Part shown: piece by piece, positions 33,257-41,373 of the stretch
How the letters are laid out: each line of letters starts with the position of its first letter
How positions within the stretch are numbered: the stretch's first letter is position 1
Source: an uncultured Acidobacteriota bacterium
GTDB taxonomy: Bacteria > Acidobacteriota > Vicinamibacteria > Vicinamibacterales > UBA2999
Assembly (NCBI GenBank): GCA_963772065.1
Contig: CAVYVZ010000010.1
Span: forward strand, 449,802-513,801
Length of the DNA: 64,000 bases
Reading direction: 5' to 3'
Made by a program: the position numbers and the translations under genes
Notes under the pieces: model-generated
The model's database searches: none
Told to the model about the DNA's origin: nothing
The model's input: the letters and a program-made list of their open reading frames with translations, nothing else

Positions 33257-34713
33257 AGTCGACCCGGTTCTTGGAGGGATATTGTCGACATGGGACCGGA
33301 GGGCTCCGCGGCGCCCCATGACCTTCCGCCTTCGCACGCGGGCCCGACGGTTCCCGCCTCCATCCTGCGCCGCAAGGTCTGGGCATCGAGCCAACAGCCT
33401 CGTGTGATGACGCCATCCGGAGTGCGGGTATGACCTATATCGGCCAGCGGATTACCCCCTAGGAGAACGAGATCGGCACGCGCGCCCTCTTGGATGACTC
33501 CCGACCAGTCCGGATGGCGAAGATACATTGCGGCATGGACGGTGCCGGTTCGCAGCGCTTCGTACGGCGTCAATCCGGCTTCAACGAGCGCCGCGAGCTC
33601 GTCGTGGATCGAGAAGCCAGGCTCGGTGTGGTAACTGCCGCCGTCAGTGCCGAGCATGAGGCGCGCACCCGCGCGATGAAGTTCCCTGACGACCTCGCGT
33701 CTCACGCGGCGTCCCTGCGCGCGATTCTCTGGCGTCGAACCAGCAAGGTATTCCGCTTCATTCCACTCGGCGGCGCGCTGGAAAAACCGCGGAGAAACGA
33801 ACCGCATGTGGGGCCGTTTCAACAGTGGCGCGAGCTCCTCGCTCGGCGCCCACCTGTCGAGCGCGACGAGGGTTGGACAGATCCATCCGCCGGATGCGGC
33901 CATCGCTTCGGCTGCCGGGCGAAGCTTCGTCTCATCGAGCTCGACGCCCGCGTACGTGTATCGAAACGAGTACTTCCCACGCAGTAGAGCGTCGCGGAGC
34001 GGTGACGGCAGGCGTTCCAGCTGCGTGGCATAGCCGAGCAAATGCTCGAGCGATTCCATTCCCATGGCCACCGCTTCAACCGACGTCATCTGCGAGGCTG
34101 GCTTGGGTCCCACCACGCGCATGCCGCGCGCCTTCGACGCGGCGATCACCGCGCGATAACCGTTCAGCGAGACGAAGTGATAGAGCTTGATGAAGTCGTA
34201 TCCGGCCTTCTGTTGCTCGGACACGAGTGTGTCAGCATCGGCGGGATCGGAATAGATGGTCGGACCGCTCGTGTAAAGATCGGGGCCGAGCAGCTCGCCG
34301 CGGCGGATCTGTTCTCGCCACTCGAGATGCATCGGGCGGCCGTCCATGTTGCGGACCGTCGTGACGCCATTCGCGATATACAGCAGCAGATCCTCCGGCT
34401 GCGAGATGTGCACGTGCAGATCAGCGAGCCCGGGGATAAGGAACCGGCCGCTACCGTTGATGCGCCTCACGCCAGCAGCGTCGGCGGTGAGCTCATTCGC
34501 TGCGGCGATACGAACGATGCGGTCACCGCCGATGAGGACCGTCTGGTGCGGCAGCGTCCGCTCGCTGTCCATCGGAACGATGGTGACGTTCTCGATTGCG
34601 AGTCTGGGCTTGCCGGCGGTCGTTTGCGACGTGCCGCCCACAGCTGCGCCACATGCCGCCGAGCAGGCGAGCATCAGGCCACAGGTGAATCGATGCATGG
34701 CGAGCGTCAGCAC
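32236..34713 (-). CDS. Amidohydrolase family protein; only about 33390-34713 looks like real coding sequence
   Basis: It has a signal-like N-terminus, GLADLHVH, and ...ADLVLLGGNPLADIGHTRTPDGVITRGCWLD near the expected C-terminus. The ORF then runs about 380 further codons antisense to the ankyrin gene without a stop. Confidence 0.6.
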   Translation of the reverse strand: MLTLAMHRFTCGLMLACSAACGAAVGGTSQTTAGKPRLAIENVTIVPMDSERTLPHQTVLIGGDRIVRIAAANELTADAAGVRRINGSGRFLIPGLADLHVHISQPEDLLLYIANGVTTVRNMDGRPMHLEWREQIRRGELLGPDLYTSGPTIYSDPADADTLVSEQQKAGYDFIKLYHFVSLNGYRAVIAASKARGMRVVGPKPASQMTSVEAVAMGMESLEHLLGYATQLERLPSPLRDALLRGKYSFRYTYAGVELDETKLRPAAEAMAASGGWICPTLVALDRWAPSEELAPLLKRPHMRFVSPRFFQRAAEWNEAEYLAGSTPENRAQGRRVRREVVRELHRAGARLMLGTDGGSYHTEPGFSIHDELAALVEAGLTPYEALRTGTVHAAMYLRHPDWSGVIQEGARADLVLLGGNPLADIGHTRTPDGVITRGCWLDAQTLRRRMEAGTVGPACEGGRSWGAAEPSGPMSTISLQEPGRLQEFLEDVSAPCSRCRSASSSHCAIFSSFAAWRAQPCAVAVPAVVLDGHVDAAVDEESHGFVVPMKDELVQDARRLMGAPRGVDIGAVVEQEVRHVEVAVHDGPGERHVEDTLLALRAPLVRIFVDSALRHVWTAGVVILDIAQRRRAGLVEPLLHTREVAHACRVRQIVGQRPDAGEQWNEVCPHVGERELDGLRRGRRLAPQDRGIEVEKDGDEFPAVFQRGRPDDVRLKLHEGFTEQPRLTLEKANERRQVAIPDWWRHRGRVTTPGRDRPADLLHDETLPQPDRRRVPGSVFDEVADEGVAPGTSIDVCAELGIERDALVPAGATPRPRARSRTRS

Positions 34714-34778
34714 TTACCTATGTAGAATCCGATATGCAAGGGCTCGGTGAGACGTGCGCAGCGTTCCGTGCCAGAGGG

Positions 34779-34812
34779 TTGACAGTAGAATTCTACATAG
34801 ATAGCATTCTAC
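34779..34812 (+). promoter_or_regulatory. Candidate promoter/operator: TTGACA followed by the perfect palindrome GTAGAATTCTAC
   Basis: TTGACA lies at 34779-34784 and the palindrome at 34785-34796. Extra GTAGAAT half-sites lie at 34722-34728 and 34806-34812 (inverted). The region sits between the divergent amidohydrolase and DinB genes. Confidence 0.35.
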
Positions 34813-34836
34813 CCCAACGACGACCGTTCACAACGT

Positions 34837-34864
34837 CAGCGATCAACGTTCAGCGTTCAGCTGC
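34837..34864. repeat. Tandem heptamer array CAGCGAT CAACGTT CAGCGTT CAGCTGC
   Basis: This was read directly. It lies in the 5' leader of the DinB-family gene. Confidence 0.7.
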
Positions 34865-34883
34865 TACAACAGGGAGACTCTCG

Positions 34884-35423
34884 ATGAAACGGTCAATGCT
34901 CGCCGCAGCTCTCGTGTGCCTCGCCGCCGCCGCCCCGCGCGCACAGACCACGTCTCCGTACATCGCCGAGCTCAAGCGGTACTACTACGAGTCCGTGAAG
35001 CGAAACCTCGGCGCGATGGTCGAAAAAATGCCCGAGGCACATTTCGCATTCAAGCCCGTACCCGAGATTCGTTCGTTTGGCGAGGCGGTGGCCCACGTGG
35101 CGGATGCGCAGGCGCGCAACTGCAGTCTCGTCTCCGGCGCCGGCTCGAAGACGCTCGACGCCGACAAGACAGGAACGAAAGCGGAGCTGCTCGCCGCGCT
35201 CAAGGAATCGTTCGCGATCTGCGACGTCGCGTTCGCGGCGCTGACCGATGCTGAGGCGAGCGAAATGGTCAAGATGGGACAATCCGGCTTCCAGCTGTCC
35301 AAGCTGTCGCTGCTCGTGAGCATGATCTCGCATTCCAACGAGCAACGCGGCTACATGGCGGTCTATCTCAGGCTCAAAGGCATCGTGCCGCCGTCGACGG
35401 AAGCGATGAACGCCGGTCGCTAA
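34884..35423 (+). CDS. DinB-family (four-helix bundle) protein with signal peptide
   Basis: MKRSMLAAALVCLAAAAPRAQT, followed by ...FKPVPEIRSFGEAVAHVADA...ISHSNEQRGYMAVYLR, which is DinB-like. The start was chosen at the ATG at 34884. Confidence 0.75.
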   Translation: MKRSMLAAALVCLAAAAPRAQTTSPYIAELKRYYYESVKRNLGAMVEKMPEAHFAFKPVPEIRSFGEAVAHVADAQARNCSLVSGAGSKTLDADKTGTKAELLAALKESFAICDVAFAALTDAEASEMVKMGQSGFQLSKLSLLVSMISHSNEQRGYMAVYLRLKGIVPPSTEAMNAGR

Positions 35424-35428
35424 CCGTT

Positions 35429-35468
35429 GTCCGGCGTCCGCTGTCCGATCGGACGGCTGGCGGCTGGC
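35429..35468. repeat. Heptamer-built hairpin GTCCGGC GTCCGCT GTCCGAT/CGGAC GGCTGGC GGCTGGC
   Basis: It contains the perfect palindrome GTCCGATCGGAC and begins 5 nt after the DinB-family stop codon. Confidence 0.7.
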
Positions 35469-35505
35469 GACGCGTCACAAGGCCGTAAATCAGTGGCTAT
35501 GTGAA

Positions 35506-35530
35506 TGAATGGTGGAGGCGGCGGGAGTTG
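35506..35530 (-). repeat. 25-nt duplicate of the tmRNA 3' end (TGAATGGTGGAGGCGGCGGGAGTTG)
   Basis: It is identical to 35618-35642, which covers the ssrA acceptor/T-arm 3' end plus 4 nt downstream. The orientation is the same and 87 bp separate the copies. Confidence 0.85.
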
Positions 35531-35621
35531 TGCCCGAAGACCGAGGCGCGAAGCGCCGAAGGTCGAGCGCCGAACCACGGCGCCGACACCGTGAGCGAGG
35601 GCGCGCACGCGCCCGAGTGAA

Positions 35622-35975
35622 TGGTGGAGGCGGCGGGAGTTGAACCCGCGTCCGAAAGCACGTCGTCGTGGGACTCTACATGCTTGTCCGCTTCTGTTTT
35701 CTCGTGCCCAGCGTGAAGAAGGCGGCGAAAACCGCCGAGCACCAGGCCCGGTAAATCTCATCCCCCGACGCCGAGCCGCCATCGGGGGACCAGCCTGTTT
35801 AATGGCGTTCGACCCCCAACCACCAGGCGAGGTCAAGGCGAACGTCACTGCTTATTAAGCAGCGAGAGCGTACTGAGTATCCGCAGTTAACGGATTTTCC
35901 ATCGGTTTTACGAGTCAATGGGGCTCGGCATGCATCCCGCGATCTCATGCCCCCGTCGAAGCCAAATTCGCCCCC
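35622..35975 (-). ncRNA. ssrA: tmRNA (SsrA)
   Basis: The 5' GGGGGCG pairs with 3' CGCCUCC-ACCA, including the G3-U pair. It has a T-arm (GGTTCAACTCCCGCC) and a tag ORF ending ...ADTQYALAA followed by TAA TAA. Confidence 0.95.
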
Positions 35976-36080
35976 GTCGGTGGTGGATCGTGTCCGTCGG
36001 CCGCTCCCAGCCGAACCCCTCCATTGTACGGCACACGTCGGATGCATGGTAGTCTCCGGCCCTCCCGCCGAGAGGTCACC

Positions 36081-38102
36081 ATGAACTGGGTGGCGTACCA
36101 CGACCGGACGAGCGCCTATCACCAAGCGCAGTTCGACGACCTGTATCCGCGCGGATGGCGGATGGTCAGCATCAGCGTTTACGGTGCCCGCGGCGACGAG
36201 CGATACGCCGCGATCTGGGTGGAGCGCCCCGGTCCGAACTGGTCTGCCGTCCACGGCGTCAATGCCGCCGGCTACCAGGCCGCCTTCAATGCCGCGGTCG
36301 CGGCAGGCTTCATCCCGGTGTTGTTGGCCGCCACGGGCCCAGCGAACGACCCGGTGTTTGCCGGTACGTTCGAGCAGTCGACGCTGCCCGTTCCGCTGAC
36401 TCGCTTCGGTCTCAGGCGCGGCACCGTGACCGATACCGGCACGATCGATCACTGGACCGATCAGGCGCGGCGGAATAACTGGTACCCGACCAGCCTGGCG
36501 ATCTACGGCACCGGCGCCGACCCTCGATACGCCGGCATCTGGGAAGCGAACCCGGCCGGTATCTGCTGGACGACAGACGGCCTTGCCGACACCTCGCAGG
36601 GTCATCAGGCCCGCTTTGATGCGCTCGTGCCGGTCGGCGGTTCGCCAGCGCAGGTGAGCGTGTCACCTGACGGATCGTACGCGTCCATCTTCCGCGACGA
36701 GTACTTCGACGGCTGGGTCGCCCGGCACAACATGGACAGCGCGGGATATCAAAGCGAGTTCAACACGCTCGTCGGACAAGGTCTCGTGCCGCTGTCCGTG
36801 CAGGCCGGGGGCGTCGGGGCGGGCGCGCGGTTCGCTGCAGTGTTCGCTCGCTCTCACGACCGCGCCCCATTGTCGTGGCGCACGCCCACCGGACCGGTTA
36901 CGGTTGCCACGATCGACGACGTGATGCGTCAGGCCATGCTGCGTCACCGCATTCGCGGCGCCGGCCTCGCGCTCGTCCGCCAGGGGCGTCTTGTGTACGC
37001 GCGGGGTTATACGCTGGCCGAATCCGGCTACCCCACCGTGCAGCCGACCACGTTCCTCCGTCAAGCCAGCGTCAGCAAGTTCATCGTCGCCCTCGCGGTG
37101 CATCGGCTCGTTCAGGATGGCCGGCTCGCGTTCAACACCAGCGTTCAGAGCATCCTGAACCTGCAGCGCCCTGATGGCACCGCCGCGCCGGCGAGCTTCG
37201 CGCAGGTCACCGTTCGACACCTGCTCGAGCACACGAGCGGTCTGCCGAGCAACCCATACGGCGTCGAGCCCGATGTCGCTGCCGCGTTCAGCGCCGTGCT
37301 TCCGGTCAACGGCACCATGACCGATCGCTACATGCTGACGCTGCCGGCCAGCGCGCCGCCTTCGACGGCGATGTACAACAACTGGGGTTACTTCCTGCTG
37401 GGCCATCTGGTGATGGCGGTCACGGGCGCCACGACGTTCGATGGCGCGCTGGCCACGCTTCTCTTTCAGCCGTTGGGCATCACTCGAATCCGCCTCGCGC
37501 GGACCCGCGCCGAAAACCAGCTCGCGGACGAAGCGCGCTACCACCCAACCTCGTTCGGCATCGGGCCGAGCATGGTCGATCCCGATCGCCGCCTCCGTGG
37601 TTCCGGGTACGGCGGGTTCTGGAACCTCGAACGTGATGACGCGGGAGGCGGACTCTCAGGAGCGGTCGTCGACGTTGCGCGGCTGCTGGCGATGCTCGAC
37701 ATCCGCGTCGGGAACCCCGTGCTGCAATCGGCGACCATTGCGAACCTTTTCACCATGGCCGCAGCGGCAGGCGGTCATGGCATGGACTCCGGCTCGGTCC
37801 TCGATGCCGCTGCGGGAAACTACTACGGCATGAAGGGTGGCAGCCTTCCGGAGAGCAGTCAGAACTGCGTTCGGTATCAAACGAACGACATCTCCATGGT
37901 TGTGTGCTGGAATCGCAGCGACATCACCGAAGGAGGGAATGACGGCTGGTGGTACCCCGACTTCCCGGCGGTCCTGAACGCGGCGCGCGCGCATACGTGG
38001 GGTTCGACGGACCTCTTCCCGACCTTCGGGATGCCGTCCTTCGGAACGCCGGCCTCTGGTTGTCTCTCAGTGCTCTGGGGTGGTGGCCGGCGGCGCGGCT
38101 GA
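36081..38102 (+). CDS. Tandem-repeat N-domain fused to beta-lactamase-fold serine hydrolase (polyglycine-hydrolase-like architecture)
   Basis: It has four or five ~50-aa repeats (W..YH....Y...F..L...G.R...IS.Y....RYAAIW), then SxxK (ASVSKF) and YxN (YNNWGY). No signal peptide is seen. The start was chosen at the ATG at 36081. Confidence 0.8.
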   Translation: MNWVAYHDRTSAYHQAQFDDLYPRGWRMVSISVYGARGDERYAAIWVERPGPNWSAVHGVNAAGYQAAFNAAVAAGFIPVLLAATGPANDPVFAGTFEQSTLPVPLTRFGLRRGTVTDTGTIDHWTDQARRNNWYPTSLAIYGTGADPRYAGIWEANPAGICWTTDGLADTSQGHQARFDALVPVGGSPAQVSVSPDGSYASIFRDEYFDGWVARHNMDSAGYQSEFNTLVGQGLVPLSVQAGGVGAGARFAAVFARSHDRAPLSWRTPTGPVTVATIDDVMRQAMLRHRIRGAGLALVRQGRLVYARGYTLAESGYPTVQPTTFLRQASVSKFIVALAVHRLVQDGRLAFNTSVQSILNLQRPDGTAAPASFAQVTVRHLLEHTSGLPSNPYGVEPDVAAAFSAVLPVNGTMTDRYMLTLPASAPPSTAMYNNWGYFLLGHLVMAVTGATTFDGALATLLFQPLGITRIRLARTRAENQLADEARYHPTSFGIGPSMVDPDRRLRGSGYGGFWNLERDDAGGGLSGAVVDVARLLAMLDIRVGNPVLQSATIANLFTMAAAAGGHGMDSGSVLDAAAGNYYGMKGGSLPESSQNCVRYQTNDISMVVCWNRSDITEGGNDGWWYPDFPAVLNAARAHTWGSTDLFPTFGMPSFGTPASGCLSVLWGGGRRRG

Positions 38103-38151
38103 TCGGCGAGCGCTACAGCCCGGCCATTGTTCCGACGATAATGCATCCGCC

Positions 38152-38646
38152 ATGGCGGCACTGACCGACTTCGTCACGCAGCTGCTCGAGAGGCTCGGGG
38201 GCGCGCCGACGGCCGACAGCCTCGTCGGCGCCCTGGTCCCTGAAATCGCGGATGCCTGCCTCGTGTTTCGACGTACCAGCGGCCGCTACGATCTCGTTGC
38301 ATGGGGCCATATCGACGCCGCCAAGGGCGCTCTGCTCGACGATCTGGCGACCTTCCACCATCCTTCGGCGGATGATCCTCGAGACCCCGTCGCGCACGTG
38401 GGACGTCTCGGCAAAGGTGTGCTCGTAACGTGGGTGACTCGTCAGAATATCGAACGCGCCACCGACGACAAGCGCGTGCACGCCATTTTCGACGCATTCG
38501 GCCCGCGCAATATCGTGGTCGTGCCGGTCCGCAACGGCGACTACGTGTTCGTGGCCGCCATCTCCGACACCCCTCGAAAGTTCATCGAGGACGACCTCGC
38601 GTTCCTGACACAGCTGGCAACCCGGTTGGCGCCGGTGCTTCCCTGA
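38152..38646 (+). CDS. Hypothetical protein, GAF-like
   Basis: The 164-aa ORF starts at the ATG at 38152. The pattern ...ACLVFRR...YDLVAWGH...VVVPVRNGDYVFVAAIS...DLAFLTQLA resembles a small GAF fold. The assignment is weak. Confidence 0.45.
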   Translation: MAALTDFVTQLLERLGGAPTADSLVGALVPEIADACLVFRRTSGRYDLVAWGHIDAAKGALLDDLATFHHPSADDPRDPVAHVGRLGKGVLVTWVTRQNIERATDDKRVHAIFDAFGPRNIVVVPVRNGDYVFVAAISDTPRKFIEDDLAFLTQLATRLAPVLP

Positions 38647-39109
38647 TCACACGAGCTGAGATCTAACCTCGCCGGAGGCGGCGCGCCAGCGTCCAAGCCG
38701 GAACGCGCCCGCGAGGACGTGCCGGCCACGGTAGCTCGGGGAAAAGCGCAAAGAGATTTCCAAGGACGCCGCTCGTGCTTTCCCGGACAGGGCGCGGCCG
38801 CCGCGGCCTCGGTGGCGTTCCCCGCGGCGGCGGCTTCGGCTTGCTCACCGGCGGAGGCTTCATCACGCTCCGCGGCGGTGCCTTCAAAGCCGAAGGCGGC
38901 AATCGACGTTTCCGCGGCCCCGCAGGGCGAACCGGCATCGGAGCATTATTACGCGAGCTGAAGTCCTTCGAATCGATTCGCTACAGCAGTGCCTCGCCGA
39001 AGCTCCGCGTAGTGGAGCGAAGGCGGGCCGCGAGGCGCGGCACACGGGGGCTTGGTACTTGCTTGCATCACGCGGGACTGCGAGCGCGTATGCTCGCGGA
39101 AGGAGGCGT

Positions 39110-39484
39110 ATGCCACCACGTGGCGGCAGTAAAGGGAGCAAGCGAGGCGGATCCCGCAAGAAAACCTCGCGCAGCGGAACGCGCAAAGCGAGTGGTTCGC
39201 GGAAGCGCGCTGGAGCGCGGAAGAGCGCTGGCGCGCGGAAGAGCGCCCGCAAGAGCACGAAGAGCACATCGCGCGGCGCACGGAAGTCGAGCGCACGTGG
39301 AGGTTCGCGAAAAGGGACGTCGCGTAAGGCCACCGCACGCCGGCGCAGCGTCGCGCTGCGACCTGCCGCAACACCGAGAGCGGGAGCCGCGGAGATGATG
39401 CCGGACGAGTTCGCGGCAGGCGGCGCCGGAGACCAGCAGGCCGCCAGCCCGATGGAAGACTTGGGGGACGAAGAAAACCTCTAG
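39110..39484 (+). CDS. Highly basic Ser/Gly/Arg/Lys-rich disordered protein with acidic tail
   Basis: GGAAGGAGG lies 3 nt upstream of the ATG. The sequence is repetitive (GARKSA GARKSA RKSTKS...) and the C-terminus is acidic (EDLGDEENL). I do not recognise a family. Confidence 0.5.
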   Translation: MPPRGGSKGSKRGGSRKKTSRSGTRKASGSRKRAGARKSAGARKSARKSTKSTSRGARKSSARGGSRKGTSRKATARRRSVALRPAATPRAGAAEMMPDEFAAGGAGDQQAASPMEDLGDEENL

Positions 39485-39819
39485 CCTCTGCGGCGGTTGA
39501 GGCCGCTGCGACGCTGGGCCCTGCGCCGCTCCACGACGGCGCCGGGGCCCGCGTCGGCCGATCTGCGGTCCGTCAGGCGCCGCTCGCGCCCCGACCGCTT
39601 GTCCCACATCGAACCCCCGCCGCTCGCGGGATGCCGCTCGCGGTACTGGCGTGCCATGCGGCGAGAAGGTTCCAAGACCTCGAGCAGTCCTTCGTAGACC
39701 GCCCGTGCGCGCTGGTCGCCAGGGGTCTTGCGTGCGAGATCTCGCACGTATTCCGCAGCAGATACGATGTGTGCTCGCTGCCATCCGCTCAGCGGCCCAA
39801 GACTGCCGGCGTCGTTCAT
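39481..39819 (-). CDS. Hypothetical Arg-rich protein
   Basis: GGGAGAGGGAG lies upstream of the ATG at 39819. It has a helical N-part, then RSGRERRLTDRRS...ERRRAQRRSGLNRRRG. Confidence 0.4.
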   Translation of the reverse strand: MNDAGSLGPLSGWQRAHIVSAAEYVRDLARKTPGDQRARAVYEGLLEVLEPSRRMARQYRERHPASGGGSMWDKRSGRERRLTDRRSADAGPGAVVERRRAQRRSGLNRRRG

Positions 39820-39876
39820 CGCGCTCCCTCTCCCGGCCGAGTTTATCGCGTTCGACCGCGGCACTAGAATGGAGCG

Positions 39877-41373
39877 TTGCCACGCGTGCGGCCTTCCTTC
39901 GCAATCGTTGCGGCGCTGCTGGCCGGCGTGCTCGTCGACGCGCAAGGCACGCCGCCGGCCGCGCCGCTCATCCTGCTCACCCGCGAAGGCCGCCGCCCCG
40001 TTCCAACCATCATTCAAAGCGGCCAGGAGTTCGTCGCCCTCGACGACGTGGCGGGACTGTTTCAGGTCGTGGTCCGCGAAGACACGCTCGCGGGCGGCGT
40101 GACGGTAAGCCACAAAGGCCGCACGGTGGTCGCATCATCGGAGCAGCCGATGGCGTCGGTGAATGGACGTCTGGTCGCGCTTCCGGCTCCGGCCATGCGT
40201 GTCGGGGGCCGATGGTTCGTCCCGGTCGAGTTCCTGAGCCGCGCACTCGGGCCAATCTACGACACCCGCATCGAGCTTCGGCGACCCTCGCGACTGCTGA
40301 TCGTCGGCGAGCTCCGGGTGCCGCGAATCAGCGCACGAATCGAGGCACCCGGTCCGCCGACGCGACTTGTCATAGACATCTCTCCGGCCAGCGACGTGAC
40401 GACGGCGCTGGAGCCGGGCCGCGTGGTCGTACGCATTGCCGGCGATGCATTCGATGCACGGCTGCCAATCCCTGGCGGCGGCCTCGTCGATCACATCCGT
40501 TCCGGCGATCAGCCGACGACGCTCGTCGTCGTGTTGAAGAGTGCCGGTGCCGCAAACGTGAGCACTGGCGTCAGCGGGGCCGGGACGCGCGTCACGATCG
40601 ACGTTCAGGCGCCAGGGCCGCCGGTCACGGCCCCGCCTGCCACGGGCCCCCCCCTCACAGAACCGCCCGAGGGTGTTCCTCTGGCAGGCCCACGTCCCAC
40701 GCTGCAGACCATCGTCATCGACCCGGGCCACGGCGGTGGGGACACCGGCGCCAAAGGCGGCGGCACGATTGAGAAGACCGTCACGCTCGAGGTTGCCAGA
40801 CGGGTGAAGACGCTGATCGAGGCGCGGCTCGGCCTGCGCGTGTTGCTCACGCGCGAGGACGACCGCGCGCTTCCGGTCGATGAGCGGGCATCGCTGGCGA
40901 ACAACAACAAGGCAGATCTGTTCGTCAGCCTCCACGTCAACGCGGCGTTCGTGCCGTCGCTCTCAGGCGCCGAGGTCTTCTACCTCGCGATCGACGAGGA
41001 GGTTGACGCGGCGCGGCGCGCGGCACAGGCCGACTCGGTGACGCTTCCCGTGCTCGGAGGGGGAACACGAACGATAGACGTCGTGCGCTGGGACATGGCG
41101 CAATCCCGGCACGTCGAGAAATCAGCGGTGCTCGCCCGCCTGCTCGAGGAGGAGCTTCGCACCAGAGTGCCGATGGGCCCTCGTCCCGTGCGGCGCGCAC
41201 CGCTCCGCGTCCTGATTGCGGCGAACATGCCCGCGGTTCTCCTCGAGATCGCCTACCTGACGAACCCTCAACAGGCACAGCAGGCTGCATCGGCAGAATT
41301 CCAGACGGCGGTCGCGCAGGCGCTCTACGAAACCGTCCAGCGCTTCCGCGCACATCTCGAGGGCGAGCGATGA
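39877..41373 (+). CDS. N-acetylmuramoyl-L-alanine amidase (Amidase_3, AmiC-like) with AMIN-type N-domains
   Basis: The catalytic block is IVIDPGHGGGDTGA...ADLFVSLHVNA...EIAYLTNP. Confidence 0.9.
   Translation: MPRVRPSFAIVAALLAGVLVDAQGTPPAAPLILLTREGRRPVPTIIQSGQEFVALDDVAGLFQVVVREDTLAGGVTVSHKGRTVVASSEQPMASVNGRLVALPAPAMRVGGRWFVPVEFLSRALGPIYDTRIELRRPSRLLIVGELRVPRISARIEAPGPPTRLVIDISPASDVTTALEPGRVVVRIAGDAFDARLPIPGGGLVDHIRSGDQPTTLVVVLKSAGAANVSTGVSGAGTRVTIDVQAPGPPVTAPPATGPPLTEPPEGVPLAGPRPTLQTIVIDPGHGGGDTGAKGGGTIEKTVTLEVARRVKTLIEARLGLRVLLTREDDRALPVDERASLANNNKADLFVSLHVNAAFVPSLSGAEVFYLAIDEEVDAARRAAQADSVTLPVLGGGTRTIDVVRWDMAQSRHVEKSAVLARLLEEELRTRVPMGPRPVRRAPLRVLIAANMPAVLLEIAYLTNPQQAQQAASAEFQTAVAQALYETVQRFRAHLEGER

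Noticed and set aside
29200-35620. Intact genomic island or prophage integrated at ssrA
   Set aside because: No integrase, excisionase, phage or transposase gene is present. The two att-like copies are only 87 bp apart, and only 29245-31204 shows a compositional shift. At most this is a scar.
38663-38938. 91-aa Pro/Arg-rich minus-strand ORF (and overlapping plus-strand ORFs) in the 460-bp gap before the basic-protein gene
   Set aside because: By eye, third-position GC is no higher than in the competing frames. There is no SD or recognisable motif, so coding status cannot be supported.
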